Positions 52,267 through 64,000 of a stretch of DNA of 64,000 nt are shown in pieces; position 1 is the first letter of the stretch; each line of letters begins with the position of its first letter. This DNA comes from Ptychomitrium polyphyllum. Lineage: Eukaryota. The notes beneath the pieces are model-generated. The model ran no database searches and was not told the DNA's origin. It was given only the letters and a program-made list of their open reading frames with translations. Where the stretch lies: positions 8,990,001 to 9,054,000 of the forward strand of contig OZ316775.1 in assembly GCA_973851085.1 (NCBI GenBank), given 5' to 3'. The translations under genes and the position numbers were made by a program.

Positions 52267-54431
52267 TGAAGTATTATAGAAATGGATGGTTTCATCAATT
52301 ATAATAGAAACACATTTATAATTCTTTTTATAATTAATATATAAATTTTTAAGACTAAACTAATTCAAAATCTTAGAAATTGAAATTGAAAATTGATGTT
52401 TATAATCAATGTTTTCATTTATATAGAAAAAATGATAAATATGTAATACCAATCATTTATAATGAAAACACCAAATATATATAAAATAATACATGTTTAA
52501 TTTTGACTTTATAAATATGGACAAAAGCCTTTGGAATTGAATTAAAGCAACTAATATTTGATGGAATTAAAAATTGGATTTCATTAATTGTGATTTGTTT
52601 CATTTTAAAATTTATAGTGCTTCATTCATTGTTCAAATATAAAAACACAATCAAAGAAGTTCTACCTTATACAGCATAAGTTCTTAAAGATTCATTAAGT
52701 ATTGTTTACATCCACTAAGTTCAAATATATACTTGCAATTTGAAACATATTTTATTTGGAGTTTTATGAAGGTATTATCTTGAATAAATGTTGAATATAT
52801 ATTTTTCAGTTGATTAAAATCTAACATTGAATAGAATTGTTTGTTTTATGTACTCTAACAAATAAATTATGAAGAAAAAATGTATTGAGAAAAGAAAGAA
52901 TAACAATAATTCCAAAAGAATTGATGTAAATGAAATATCATTTATTTCTACAATCTAAACCAAAATCTCCAGGTCATAAGATAAAAGTGTAAAAATTATT
53001 TATCTTATAAATAATTAAAAAATAAAATTCATAATAAGATATCAAAAAAAAATTATGGCTATTTAAACATGAAAAATTTACTTTCTTCAAATTTAATACA
53101 TGGGGTGCACAGTAATGTTATGATGTCATCAACATTTTTTTCTAACTCTTTTATAATATGTAAATTTAAAGAAAACATTTCAATGAAGTCCGATTATAAC
53201 ATTCATCCATAAAATATATATTTTTCATTAAAAAATATTTTTTTCATTATTATATGAATATGTGAAAGAATTATAGAAACTAATCCTTATTATAAATAGT
53301 TTAAACTTAATATTAAAACTTTTCGCTTAAAAATTTATAAAACATCATGTACTAAAAAATATTGCATTAAAATACATTGTATTATACTTGTGTACCTTTG
53401 TTCTTTAATAATTATTAGAAATAGAATTTCAACAAAAGAGGAGTTTTTCCTTTGTGTGATTATGTAAATTGGCACTAATTGTGGTTGCTTCTAGTAGCCT
53501 TTAGGATGAGAGTATTTTGAAGAATTTTTGTACGGAATTGTTAAGTTTGTGAATGCTTTGAGTGCTACTGAAGAATATAGAAAATACGTTAGCGTGCATT
53601 TGACATGCGCAGGATGTCTGGTTGTGCCAATCCAAGATGATGGGAGTTGCCGCCAGAGATGGATTTGGAGAAGGGAAGGCCATTCATCGTCTTGAACTAA
53701 TCTGGATCATGGCCAAGATTTATGCGGAAGTGGAGAGTCTTCCCATAGAAAAGCACAATGTGGTGGTAACACGCTTAGTTACACACAGGATTCCACGTTA
53801 TTACTCAGGGTACTAAGTTATGTAGAGGAAATAACAATGCAACAGTTTTTCGCAGTTAATCTGTACTGACACGGGGTCCTCAATATAATAGGTCCAAGAG
53901 CATGATCATTGAGCACAGATGAGAATGCCGGAGTGAGGGTAGTTTTGAAACTCTCGAAAGCTCAAGGAAAATGCTGGAAGGATCTGCAGCTGACCCTCGG
54001 CCTGCAGTAGGCGTTATTATCAACTACGACCTCTCTGGTATGAAAAGATTAGCGCGAGGACAACTTAGCGACCAAAACTAATCAACAGTGCATAGCCGAC
54101 CAGAATGCTTCGATCGCATCAATAAGTGCCAAGGCTAGATAGTGTGACTTCGATAAGATTACAGAAGCAGACTTACCAATCAGTATGTGGTAGTTGCAAA
54201 GGTTTCAAATCTTGTCAAATTGAGTTAAACTGAATTAAAATATGCGTCCGAAGTCACTTGCTTGGCAAGTTATAAAAGTTTTGCCTTGGCAAATTGCACT
54301 CTAGTTTTTGTTATATACTGTGAAATGAGGATCTGATCCATATTCGTGACTCAGTTCAGAGTCAATAATTCCACAAAAATGAAATCTGCAAATCTACGAG
54401 GAAAAAAAAGATTCATTGAAAGAGACAGTAT

Positions 54432-55787
54432 CTACAGAGGAACACTCCGAAGAAGAGTGACCTCCATGGTGAACCCAGGCCCCAACCCCACCAAAAAGCC
54501 CCACTCGAATCCCGCGCCTGTCGTTGCGGTGCCCATGCGCTTCGACCTTCTCCGCATCTCGTCCAACACGAACAAGCATGTCGGGCTGGAACAATTTCCG
54601 AAGCTACGCAACACATCCCAGCTCGGCTGCAGGTGCTCTCTCTTGAGACCTAACGTTTCCGCCACGACCTCCAGAATCTTCCAAGCGCCCGGGTGCACAA
54701 CCCAGAACATGTCAGTGTGATTAGGAGCGCCAACGAGAGACCTCCCAGCAGACGTCAATTCCTGCAAGTGCTTGGCGATGAGGATGGGCACCGTGTCCTT
54801 CTGAAGGTGCTGAACGAGCCCGCTCTCGCTCATATTGGCTGTGATGGCGGCCTCGCTGTTGGGAACCGCCATCTGGGTCGACCAGTGGATCTCGAAGAGT
54901 GAGCGTTCTACGAATGGGAGGGGATCAGAGCCCAGGATTAGCGCCGCGGCGCCGTCGCCGAGGGTGGCGTGAGCGAGGAAGCCGTCGACTTTGCGTAGGG
55001 TGTCTTCAATTGGTTTTCGGAAGTTCATGATCGTGTTGGCTTCGACGGCGATGACGAGCACTCGAGAGTGTCGGGCGCTCTCGGCGAGGAGCCTGGCGAC
55101 GCGAAGGGCGGCGGCGCCGCCACCGCAGCCGGCTTGGTACATGCAGATGCGCTGGACTGTAGGGGCGAGGTTGAGTGATCGAGCAATGGCGAGGTCGATT
55201 CCAGGAATGGAGGTAGCGCTGGTGGTGGCGAGAACCATGTGGGTGATGACGGATAGTGGACGGCCCCACTCCTGCACCGCGTTGCGCGTGGCCTCGACTG
55301 CGATCTGAGGGACGACTTTGTTGGCGATGGTGACTCGCGTTGTGAGGCTGTTGTCGTTGTAGGTCGCGAGCTCTGGGTGTTGCGCAACTATCTCCGGTGT
55401 GACAAATGTGTGGCGCTTGTTTATGCACGATGTGTCACCTGCATTTGCAATGACAATAATAACGAAGATTAGAATAAAGAACACACAATCCACAGAAAAT
55501 GGTGATTTGAAATTCACAAACAGTGAACAACATGAAGGCAGCTTGCACTCACACATGTACTTGAACTTGGCTTTGAGCAACTCGTTGTGGCTGACGCCGC
55601 ACATTGCGAACAGCTCGTCATGGTATGTGCCCTGCTTGATGATGGCCGCAGGAAACGCGGTGCCGATGGCCAAAACGCATGCTGGCCCGGTCGGCAGCGG
55701 CACTAATCGAGCATGACGTGACTGTTGATCAGGAAGGACCTCACCATTGCTGGGAAGGACATTCTCCTTCTCTAATGACGAAGCCAT
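54432..55787 (-). CDS. Type III polyketide synthase (chalcone synthase superfamily), atypical; PKS-A, 413 aa spliced
   Basis: Exons 55787-55553 and 55438-54432, with the conserved phase-1 intron inside the Cys codon (YMC|DTS). The catalytic triad is intact: YQAGC, VVHPG, FGNCSS. Also GDGAAA and GLGPG. Confidence 0.95.
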   Translation of the reverse strand: MASSLEKENVLPSNGEVLPDQQSRHARLVPLPTGPACVLAIGTAFPAAIIKQGTYHDELFAMCGVSHNELLKAKFKYMCECKLPSCCSLFVNFKSPFSVDCVFFILIFVIIVIANAGDTSCINKRHTFVTPEIVAQHPELATYNDNSLTTRVTIANKVVPQIAVEATRNAVQEWGRPLSVITHMVLATTSATSIPGIDLAIARSLNLAPTVQRICMYQAGCGGGAAALRVARLLAESARHSRVLVIAVEANTIMNFRKPIEDTLRKVDGFLAHATLGDGAAALILGSDPLPFVERSLFEIHWSTQMAVPNSEAAITANMSESGLVQHLQKDTVPILIAKHLQELTSAGRSLVGAPNHTDMFWVVHPGAWKILEVVAETLGLKREHLQPSWDVLRSFGNCSSPTCLFVLDEMRRRSKRMGTATTGAGFEWGFLVGLGPGFTMEVTLLRSVPL

Positions 55788-57378
55788 GACAATTTTAAAC
55801 GATGTTCTCCCAAAATTTCGAAGCTAAGATATCAATTAGTGCAGGCTCGAACCAGATAAGTGTAAAGCAACAAAGGCTGAATACGCATTTGCGTGATAGC
55901 TGCAGCTAATCGATTAATATGTTAGCTACTTTATACCTTCGATCGATTAATTGTCGGTGTACTGGTTAACATAGGGATTAAGTAGTGACTTCTATCTCAC
56001 ATCGATGGCAGCTGGGCTCATATGGTATCTGAAACGTCATTGTAATATGGATCTGCTAGATTAAAAGATTCATGCATGCGTTGACAAGGACAGCTTCTGC
56101 ACTTGATTTCCCTTGTGGGCGCCGCGGGCCATAAGGCTGACTGTTAGCTGACGGCCCGCTGACTTGGAATTGGCATCGAATTTTTGGTACAAGCAAATCA
56201 ATCTCGTGTAGGTCGAATTCGAGTTGAACTTGCTATCGATCCGTGCTGCTGGGCAGTGTTGGCATGTAGGGGACGCTTAGCAAACCGGTCATGGTCCGAA
56301 ATTAGGATGGGTGGCGACTTTTACGACGCGTCAACATCTCTCCTTCATGAGTCCGGAACTTCTCTGGCTGATGATTAGTGGTGATGTCCTTAATTAGTTC
56401 AAGCGTTATGTTGGGGATTTAGATGTAAATCGAGGAAGGGGGACAAGTGACGTTGCGAGTATCTCCGAGAGATTCAGCCCTTGGGCAGATGTTGACGAGA
56501 TGAGCATATTTCTTGGTATCATTCCATCAGCCGTGGCATGCATGACTAGAAGTACTCTGCTGAAACCACAAGCCGTTCCCGTTTTGTCAGAATCCCGCCT
56601 GAAATTTACGGCACAGGCAAACTTTGACATGGCGTCCACATGCAGTCAATGTAATTGTGCACTCATGAACTATAAAATTATTTCCACTCCCTATTTAGTG
56701 GCATGCATGGGCGGATGTACCAATTGATGGGGACTAAACGATTGTGATTTATGCCAAAAAAGTAATTAGGAACTGACTACAACTCAAACAGTGGTAAGAG
56801 AATCATTCATGAGTACCTCAAATTTAATACTGGTAAATCTGAAACGTGACTTCAGCCTTTTGCTTTTCTCTATCCTTATTCAGTAGGCTACTCGAGATTT
56901 TTGCAGATAGTTTGCATATAGAACTGTATAAAACTATGAATTGATGAATCCGATCTTCAAGTCTACTAGCATTGCAAGCCCTTCAGCAGATGCTACTCAA
57001 TTCCAAGGTACTAACATGGCAATATCTAATCCTCCAACAACCAAAATCTGCCAGGCTTAGAAACCGAGATATAAAGGCGAAGGTTTTCAGGAGAAACACC
57101 AAAAGCACCTGGTATATGCCCTGGCACGGACATGGAGGTAAATTTTACACACGGCCCTTGTGCGATCTTGATAGCTAGCAGACAGGTAGCCTCATTTCCA
57201 CTCAACAGATTAAACTTCAATGGAGATCCTTTGATGACTCTCTTCAATCATTTAATGAAATACAGGTATAATGATGAATCTATACCTGCAGCCAACAAGC
57301 TCAGGAGCTTGCGATTGGATTTAAACTGGATTATATTGCAGTTGCAGCAAACCAGGCTTAGGTGCTTGCACAATACTG

Positions 57379-57405
57379 CATCATCATCATCATCATCATC
57401 ATCAT
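57379..57405. repeat. (CAT)n microsatellite
   Basis: About nine CAT units. Confidence 0.95.
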
Positions 57406-57830
57406 AATATGCTTAAATTCAAAATCTTATTAACAACGCATCAACATACGTTGGGGGCTCGTACAGAAATTGGGTGTCCAAAGACAATCATCCTTGAAAC
57501 CTCCATCGATAGCAAAACTCATGAACTCACAAATTATACCGCTAATATATCACCTGTTATCCTAATACAATTGCTTTCATTCTGTAGTCTCCACAGAAAA
57601 CAGTTCAATTGAATCTTCGTTCAGTCGCTTGCATCGTACCATATCATTGCGCTTAGCCCCTAAATCCTAAGCCAAGGCCGGTACTTGACACATTCACATA
57701 CTCACACAGAGAAATTCAAGAGAAACAATCATTCTTGAAAATTTCATATAGCAGAATTTCATTTCGTGCATCATACGTTCATCCCTGGTCACTCTTAAAT
57801 TGTAAAAGCTTGTGGAATTTAGGCAGAAAA

Positions 57831-59265
57831 CTAGTACGAGAATCTTTCTTTAGATTGATCGAGTGGCATGGCCTTAAGTACGCAACATTCCATGGTGATC
57901 CCAGGACCAATGCCAATCAGCAAACCGAACTCCTTGCCTTCGCCAGTGGTGGAAAGTTTTCCTTTCACAGACGATTTTCGAATGTGGTCCAAGACGAACA
58001 GCACGCACGCGCTCGCCATGTTGCCGTACTCCGCTAAAATCTCTCGGCTCGCTCGCAGCTTTTCAGGGAGTAGTTCCAACCGGGTTTCAATTTGGTTGAG
58101 GATGGCGGCTCCGCCGGGATGCACGGCCCAGAAGAGGTCGTTGCACTCGGTGTTTCCCGCTTCGGCTCTTGCGCCGGTCACAAATTCCTCGATGCTTCTC
58201 GAGATGAGCTTCGGAATGTTCGGGGAAAGGTGGTAGTACATCCCTGCTTCCATCAAGTGTCCGTCGATCGCACCCATTGTGTCGGGCACAACCATCTCCT
58301 TGGAGCATAAGATTGAGAACAGGGGATGCTCGGGGCCGATAGGATCAGCGCCGACTATGGCGGCTGCGGCACCATCGCCGAAGAGGCCCTGCCCGACGAG
58401 CCCGTCGAGATACTCCTCGTTCGGAGCGCGGAAGAAGATGGTTGTGCACTCGCTCGAGACCACCAAGACGCGAGCGCCGTGGTTATTCTCGGCTATGTCC
58501 TTCGCCACGCGCAGCAGCGCGGCGCCACCCCAGCAGCCTGTGTGGTGCATCATCACGCGCCGGAGCTTCGACGACAGGCCGAGCGCGTTCGCCACCACGA
58601 GGTCGAGCCCCGGCATGTTGACTACACTCGTAGTCGCCATGACGATGTGGGTGATGGTGGAGGAGGAGCCTTCCCATTCAGCGATAGCGTTCACGCAAGC
58701 TTCCACGGCCAGCTTGGGGATCCACTCCATCAAAACTTCATGGCGGTCGTTGAGGCTCGCGTCGAGGTACGATCCCAGCGAGGGATACTTCTGCAACAAC
58801 TCCTTTCGTGCCACCAAATGCCGCTTCTTAATTTGCATCTTATCACCTAAAAATCTCCAAGACCACATAACTTAGCCATCCCCAATTACAAACAACATTA
58901 CACATTCAGAGAACGTGGCCAGGAATCCAACACTACAATCAATACTTGCTCGAAATAAACTCTTCTATACTATACATTGCTATCGATTCTAGAGCACACA
59001 GGTAGTTAATGTTTTTCGGTAACTACTGCTTACACATGCGCTTGAATTTGGCCTTAAGCTCCGTCTTGTGGCTGCAATTCGTCTCATCGAAGAAGTAATC
59101 CGGATACGTGCTCTGCTCGTGGACAAACGGCGGCACCGCTGTGCCGATCCCCAGAATGGTTGCTGGCCCTGCAGGCCTGCGCTGCAACTGATCCATAATG
59201 ACTCCATTCGCCTGGGTGTCATCTTGGTCGCGACCATTCTCTATAGTCGCTGGTGCCATCTCCAT
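57831..59265 (-). CDS. Type III polyketide synthase (chalcone synthase superfamily); PKS-B, 415 aa
   Basis: Exons 59265-59034 and 58846-57831, with the conserved intron in the Cys codon (KRMC|DKM). Motifs: [46 protein letters not shown]. Confidence 0.95.
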
Positions 59266-59759
59266 AAATCGCAGCTAAAACTCCTTATCCAGATAAATGC
59301 GAAAAACTAGTCACCAAGTTTCCGAGAAGGATATAACCTAGTGCAGGGCACACATGCAATTCTCCTAATCGAGAACAACCGTCAGACTACAGGTTTTTGA
59401 GATATATCTAGACTTGCGAGGAAATGCAGAAAAGCTTGTCTCTAGCTGAACTCTCAATCCAAGAAACGAAAACAGAGATTCTACTTCTCTGACATATATC
59501 TAGACTTGCAGGTAAGTTCAGCGAGCTGAGACTAGTTCTCCGAATACTGGAAGGTGACAGCAGGAGAAGCCTGGGATCAGGAAGCTGAGGTTGTTGTTAC
59601 TACTGTTGGCTCATGTTACGTCTAGTGAGCCGGCGAGGAGGTACCTGAAGGGAAGAGACTAGTCTAGACTTTAAAGAGAATATTGCAATGCTGATTCGAT
59701 GGGGAGAGTACAGTACTGAGACATGAAATCATGTGAAGGATGGATTTGGTGATGTGAGA

Positions 59760-60107
59760 CTATATACGGTTACAGTTGTTGCAGGCAGCGAAGGGATGTG
59801 ACTTTACGTTGGGGGTCGTTGCCTTGAACGTTGAGAGGCTGACTGTCCTGGTTAGGAATAGCTCAGCTTGGTCTCCGCCCTCAGGGAGTGAGAAGCGATA
59901 GCATTGACAGTATTTCAGGGATGCAGCTTCAAGGTCTTCTTTGACTTGATGGGTAAAAAAGGATTGATATTCGGTAACATTCTTGGGCTTGTTTCTGAAT
60001 GGAACATCAACGGTGTGAAGAAGAATAACTCCGGTATCAGAGGAATTAGCGTAAATATAGAGCCTGTTTCTTTCTACTAGATCCTGTACTAAAGCCCTCA
60101 GTACCAT
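59760..60107 (-). other. Orphan 115-aa ORF of unknown status (possible last exon of a small gene or pseudogene)
   Basis: An ATG-started ORF with ordinary protein-like composition. A possible upstream exon (MKIEENIRTHVQIMPRVAAHTPSKVLAPVFSHWPAAWNATVKAQQK followed by GT) lies at ~60532-60669. No family recognised. Confidence 0.2.
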
Positions 60108-61599
60108 CGTTGTTTGATGAGTAACAATGTTTGATTTGTAGTATGTCTATAACTTGATTCAACCTCTAAAAGAGATTCGTGAGTTGAAATGGCATGCTAT
60201 AATTATACAATTGAAATTGCAAATGATTAGGACAAGTTCTTTTAATTCCACCAGTTTCAAGTATGTAGTCCTCACTGTGGAGAAAGTTATAACATGTGGC
60301 AACAACATTTTTCTAAGCATTCTATTTGGAAAGGAAGTATTGTTGCCTTGATATATCAGAGGTTGTTACTCTGATAACAGCTCGGAACACATCTGATATT
60401 TTGAGGAGTTATCAACTGGAGGCTGCTGTTGACAGACCAGGCAGCATCAAGTGGAACTGACGATGTGATGTTAAAGTTCAAGGAAAGGAGTTTCACAACA
60501 ACTTTGATTGAGTTCAAATGCAGATTCACACCTTTTGTTGTGCTTTGACCGTTGCATTCCAAGCAGCAGGCCAGTGGCTAAATACTGGTGCCAGAACTTT
60601 GCTGGGTGTATGAGCTGCAACACGAGGCATAATTTGTACATGAGTTCGAATGTTTTCTTCTATTTTCATGTTGCATTTGTGCACATGTCGTTTACATGGA
60701 AACGATGTGTTCCTGTCAACGTGGCCATGAAGGGTGCATGAATGGTACTTTTGCCTTATTATTCCTTGACAATTGGTTTGATGTATTTAACTTGGGAGGG
60801 GCTTAACTTTGATCAAGAAATAAAAAAATTATACTATGTATTGAGAACCATGGAGAACCTGTGATTCATAAACTACTGTATAAAGTATCCCAGTGTATGA
60901 CCACCACAATAAACATTTATAATTTCCAAATTTTGGAGCAATATTCTATGATTATAAACATTATATTTTGTACGCAAAATTAATTAAAAAGGTGAATTCA
61001 ATAATAATAATAAAGAAAATTGGTTGTTACCAGTTTGTTCTTAAATATATTCATGGTGGTGATAAGGTGATTTTATGAATGATGTTGATGGATTGTTCTA
61101 CCTTAGATTATAATGTTTCATAAAATGGATTTTGTTAGGAACACTTTACTCAAACAAGGTCATTATTTATGGGTTGTAAAAATTGTAGCAATGAATATAT
61201 GTTAGAGTTGTTTGTAAATCTAACATCTTTTTCACTCAAAAACTTGTATTTGAGATTAGTATTTTTTCTAAATCATGTGTATTTTTAATAGAAGCACAAA
61301 TTTCAACACAAGAATGTTTCATCCATTAAATTAGAACATATATTTTAACGGAAGAATCTTATGTTATTCACCTTTTTTTTAAATAGACAAAATGATACAA
61401 TTTAGATATATATCTTTGTTAAATGAAAAACTAATTTAACAAAAAATCTATCTCAAAACACATTGGATATAAACTTCCTTAAACTTTCATGAAATTAATT
61501 CATCTAACAAAAGGAATACCTTCAATCTTCCAAATTAAAAAACAAAACTTAAATCCAATTCAATGAGATCATGTTAAGGTATTTTCAATGAAGTCAAAG

Positions 61600-61790
61600 C
61601 AAGGCCTAATTGTAGGCCTAAAAGTACTCGTAAATTGGGTCAGGCCCCAAATTAGGCCGAGCCTCAACTATTTAAACCGTACCAAACGTAAAGTTCAGAA
61701 ACGCAAATGTAGCCGCACAGTAGATAGTACTTGGTGTGGGGTCCAGTAATGCTCGTGTGGTTCCAAGCCCTAACCCGAACCCTAATCCTG
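61600..61790 (+). promoter_or_regulatory. Promoter-like patch with site II-like AGGCC motifs and telo-box-like (A)ACCCTAA motifs
   Basis: Clustered AGGCC(T/C/G) at 61602-61660 and GCCCTAACCCGAACCCTAAT at ~61767-61786, followed by a GC-rich stretch. Confidence 0.3.
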
Positions 61791-63108
61791 TGCTCATGTA
61801 GATCGCCCTAAAAATCCACCGGGAGTCTGCCCACTTCTTACAGAAGCTTCAGCCATGAGCAAGGCGGAGGCGGACACCCCGGGACGCAGCAACGGCGCAT
61901 GAGGACAGTCGTGTCCCCAAGCAAAGACGCTCTGATGCGCGTCCACTCTGCGGGAGCGCACGCGCACATGATTTGTTGTAGTTTTCAATCCGAACGCCGG
62001 CGTCTCAGGGGTGCTGCCCTCTCTGCCACTGTAGCTGCTTGCTTCGTGAGCCTCATGATGTTTCGCAAAGATATTTGAGGGTGCGTGCTCATGTGGGTCT
62101 ATGTGCGTCGAAGCGCTCAAGAGGTCCAGTTGTGCGGTCCTTGTGCTCCGCATGGTGGACTTCACTACTCGCATCCGATGATAACCTCGTTCGCTCGATG
62201 AAGGCTCACTGTGTTGTTTCTTCTGTAGGTTTTTTCTTGGGAGATGTGTGATTGGGTTAGGTTCTGTTTTTATATTGGTTGCGGTTTAGGGTTTATTTTA
62301 GTCGAAAAACCGGTAGTTGTTTGGTGGTCCTTGTTGGGGAGTTTGGTCCCAGCCCCTTTACCGTTTCCTTCGCAGGTATGTTTGTTACCTTGGCAAGCGT
62401 ATCAACGCTGGAAGTGGCACATTGTGCTTGGCGAGTAGATCCTGATCAACCATTTCATTTTAGGTTTTTGCTAAAACGTCCATTTGATACTCATCCGCAC
62501 ATTTACGGTTTTTTTCATGGTTTTTGGCATTGAGGGTTCGTATGTTTTGAATGAGTTATTGCATACTTCTGATGTGTGTTATCGATCGGCAGATCTGTAA
62601 AATGCTGTCGAGCTGAATCTTAATCGTCGAAACTGTTTGTTTCGGGCTTATCTCTGCTGCAATCTTACATCGTCGTAAACATGTATATCGGGCAGAGTCC
62701 ATTCGTTTTCTTCTCAAGCCCCACTCTAGGATATGCACAATCCAATCTCAAACTATAATCCAGACAAAAAAACCAAATAGATGGGTGTAAATGGCATATC
62801 GTATCAGTCACTGAATTCAGAACTTAATCCAAGTTGAAATTGGAAAACAGGGTTCAACTACACTAGTCTTTAAAAAATACTCTTTAAAAAATACAGTTGT
62901 CTGCAAACCACGAATAATTCGCAGTTTCTTCCGCATTTCTACGAGTCAATTACGTCATCTGGATCATATTTTCATAGTAACAAAGTATTGAACAAGTCTG
63001 GAACCGTGATGTACTCTATGTCTCTAATCTGTTGTATACCCCAACATTAGTAAAATTGCCAGTTTCTCAAATCTGCAATGATTTTGGTATTATGAAGAAC
63101 AGGCCAGG

Positions 63109-64000
63109 CTACCTATTCACAATATCCTCATACAAATCGTAACATGAGTATGCGACTTTTCCCAGTGGTCTTCTGACATGTGGCCTGCCATGCGTAGGAG
63201 ATCCGGAGCAGGACCTGGATCTCGAAGGCTGGGGGTCCTTCCGCTTGATTTCAGCTCTCTCCATTCGGAACACGAAGGCTTCCACAAAAAATGCTACCAC
63301 AACGTTGAGTGTAAACGCCACTGCTACAGCCCAGAAGATGACGAAGAAAACTCGAGACCAAGCAGTGCCTGTGACAACGACGTATGCATCCATGATGACA
63401 TACCAGTTGTTGACAATGCACAAGTTAAAGGAAGTCACCATGGCCGATGCGTAGTCGTTGTAGTTAAATGCATAGAGCCGGCCTGTGGCGTAATCTGTCT
63501 CTTCTAAGAGGCGGTTCCCCAAGTACACTGTCCCTCCGAATAGGTGCACTCCCAGGAGTGAGAAGAGAGTGCACACAGTGAACTGCAGGGCAAGAATTGG
63601 AGCTGTAGCTGGGATCAAGTGAACAACCGTCTGGGCCATGACATGCCAGCGTGAGACGAAAGCAATGAAACGGCAAATCCGAAGGCCTCGTACCAGGAAC
63701 AGGATAGATACCCTGCCAAAAATCTCATCGAGGTACAATGATCAGTGAATCATACCAGCACCTCATATGCATCTTATCAGCTCATTAGCATGCTCAAGGA
63801 ACACTGCGGTGAGAATATCAAAGATCTACTTCGGTTTTGCAGAGTTGAGAACCAAATTACCAGTGCTGCTCAACAAGATGGAAGAAGACAGCAATTTGAG
63901 TAACCATCGTTAAACATGTCATGAGAAAGTCAAATTGATTCAAAGATATGCGCCAATACTTGGTCCAGCCGTGAATGATACTTATTTTCACCAATACGTC
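63109..64000 (-). CDS. Two-pore cation channel (TPC family, bryophyte type-2/TPC1b-like), last two exons; gene begins beyond the right edge
   Basis: Exons >64000-63861 (DVLVKISIIHGWTKYWRISLNQFDFL...) and 63712-63109 splice in frame. They encode a voltage sensor VRGLRICR, S11 FSLLGVHLFGG, pore FNYNDYASAMVTSFNLCIVNNW and S12 LNVVVAFFVEAF, all matching TPC domain II. Confidence 0.92.

Noticed and set aside
3665..59265. Biosynthetic gene cluster joining the acyl-CoA dehydrogenase and the PKS pair
   Set aside because: They are 46 kb apart with an assembly gap, a miRNA locus and TEs between them, and the ACAD looks like a mitochondrial housekeeping enzyme.
54346..59310. Antisense and alternative-frame ORFs over the PKS genes
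   Set aside because: Shadow ORFs expected from GC-rich coding sequence.

Overview
Eukaryotic plant genomic DNA, most likely a moss (Physcomitrium patens or a close Funariaceae relative). This is inferred from a miR1219-family locus, a fungal-type chromovirus, moss-type CHS-superfamily genes and a bryophyte type-2 two-pore channel. Left to right: the 5' part of a spliced annexin gene (minus, runs off the left edge), head-to-head with a complete 13-exon mitochondrial acyl-CoA dehydrogenase (isobutyryl-CoA dehydrogenase/ACAD8-like); a minus-strand pri-miRNA carrying two tandem miR1219-family hairpins; a ~26 kb AT-rich gene desert with decayed transposon remnants, a solo LTR, a 100-N gap and several GC-richer islands; a possible unannotated plus-strand transcript near 42.7 kb; a full-length but dead chromodomain-bearing Ty3/gypsy element with a Tf1-like self-priming signature; two tandem type III polyketide synthases with unusual active-site residues; and the 3' end of a two-pore channel gene with an animal-like VNN filter (runs off the right edge). 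All calls come from reading the sequence by eye. Reference sequences and residue numbering are recalled from memory and need database confirmation.
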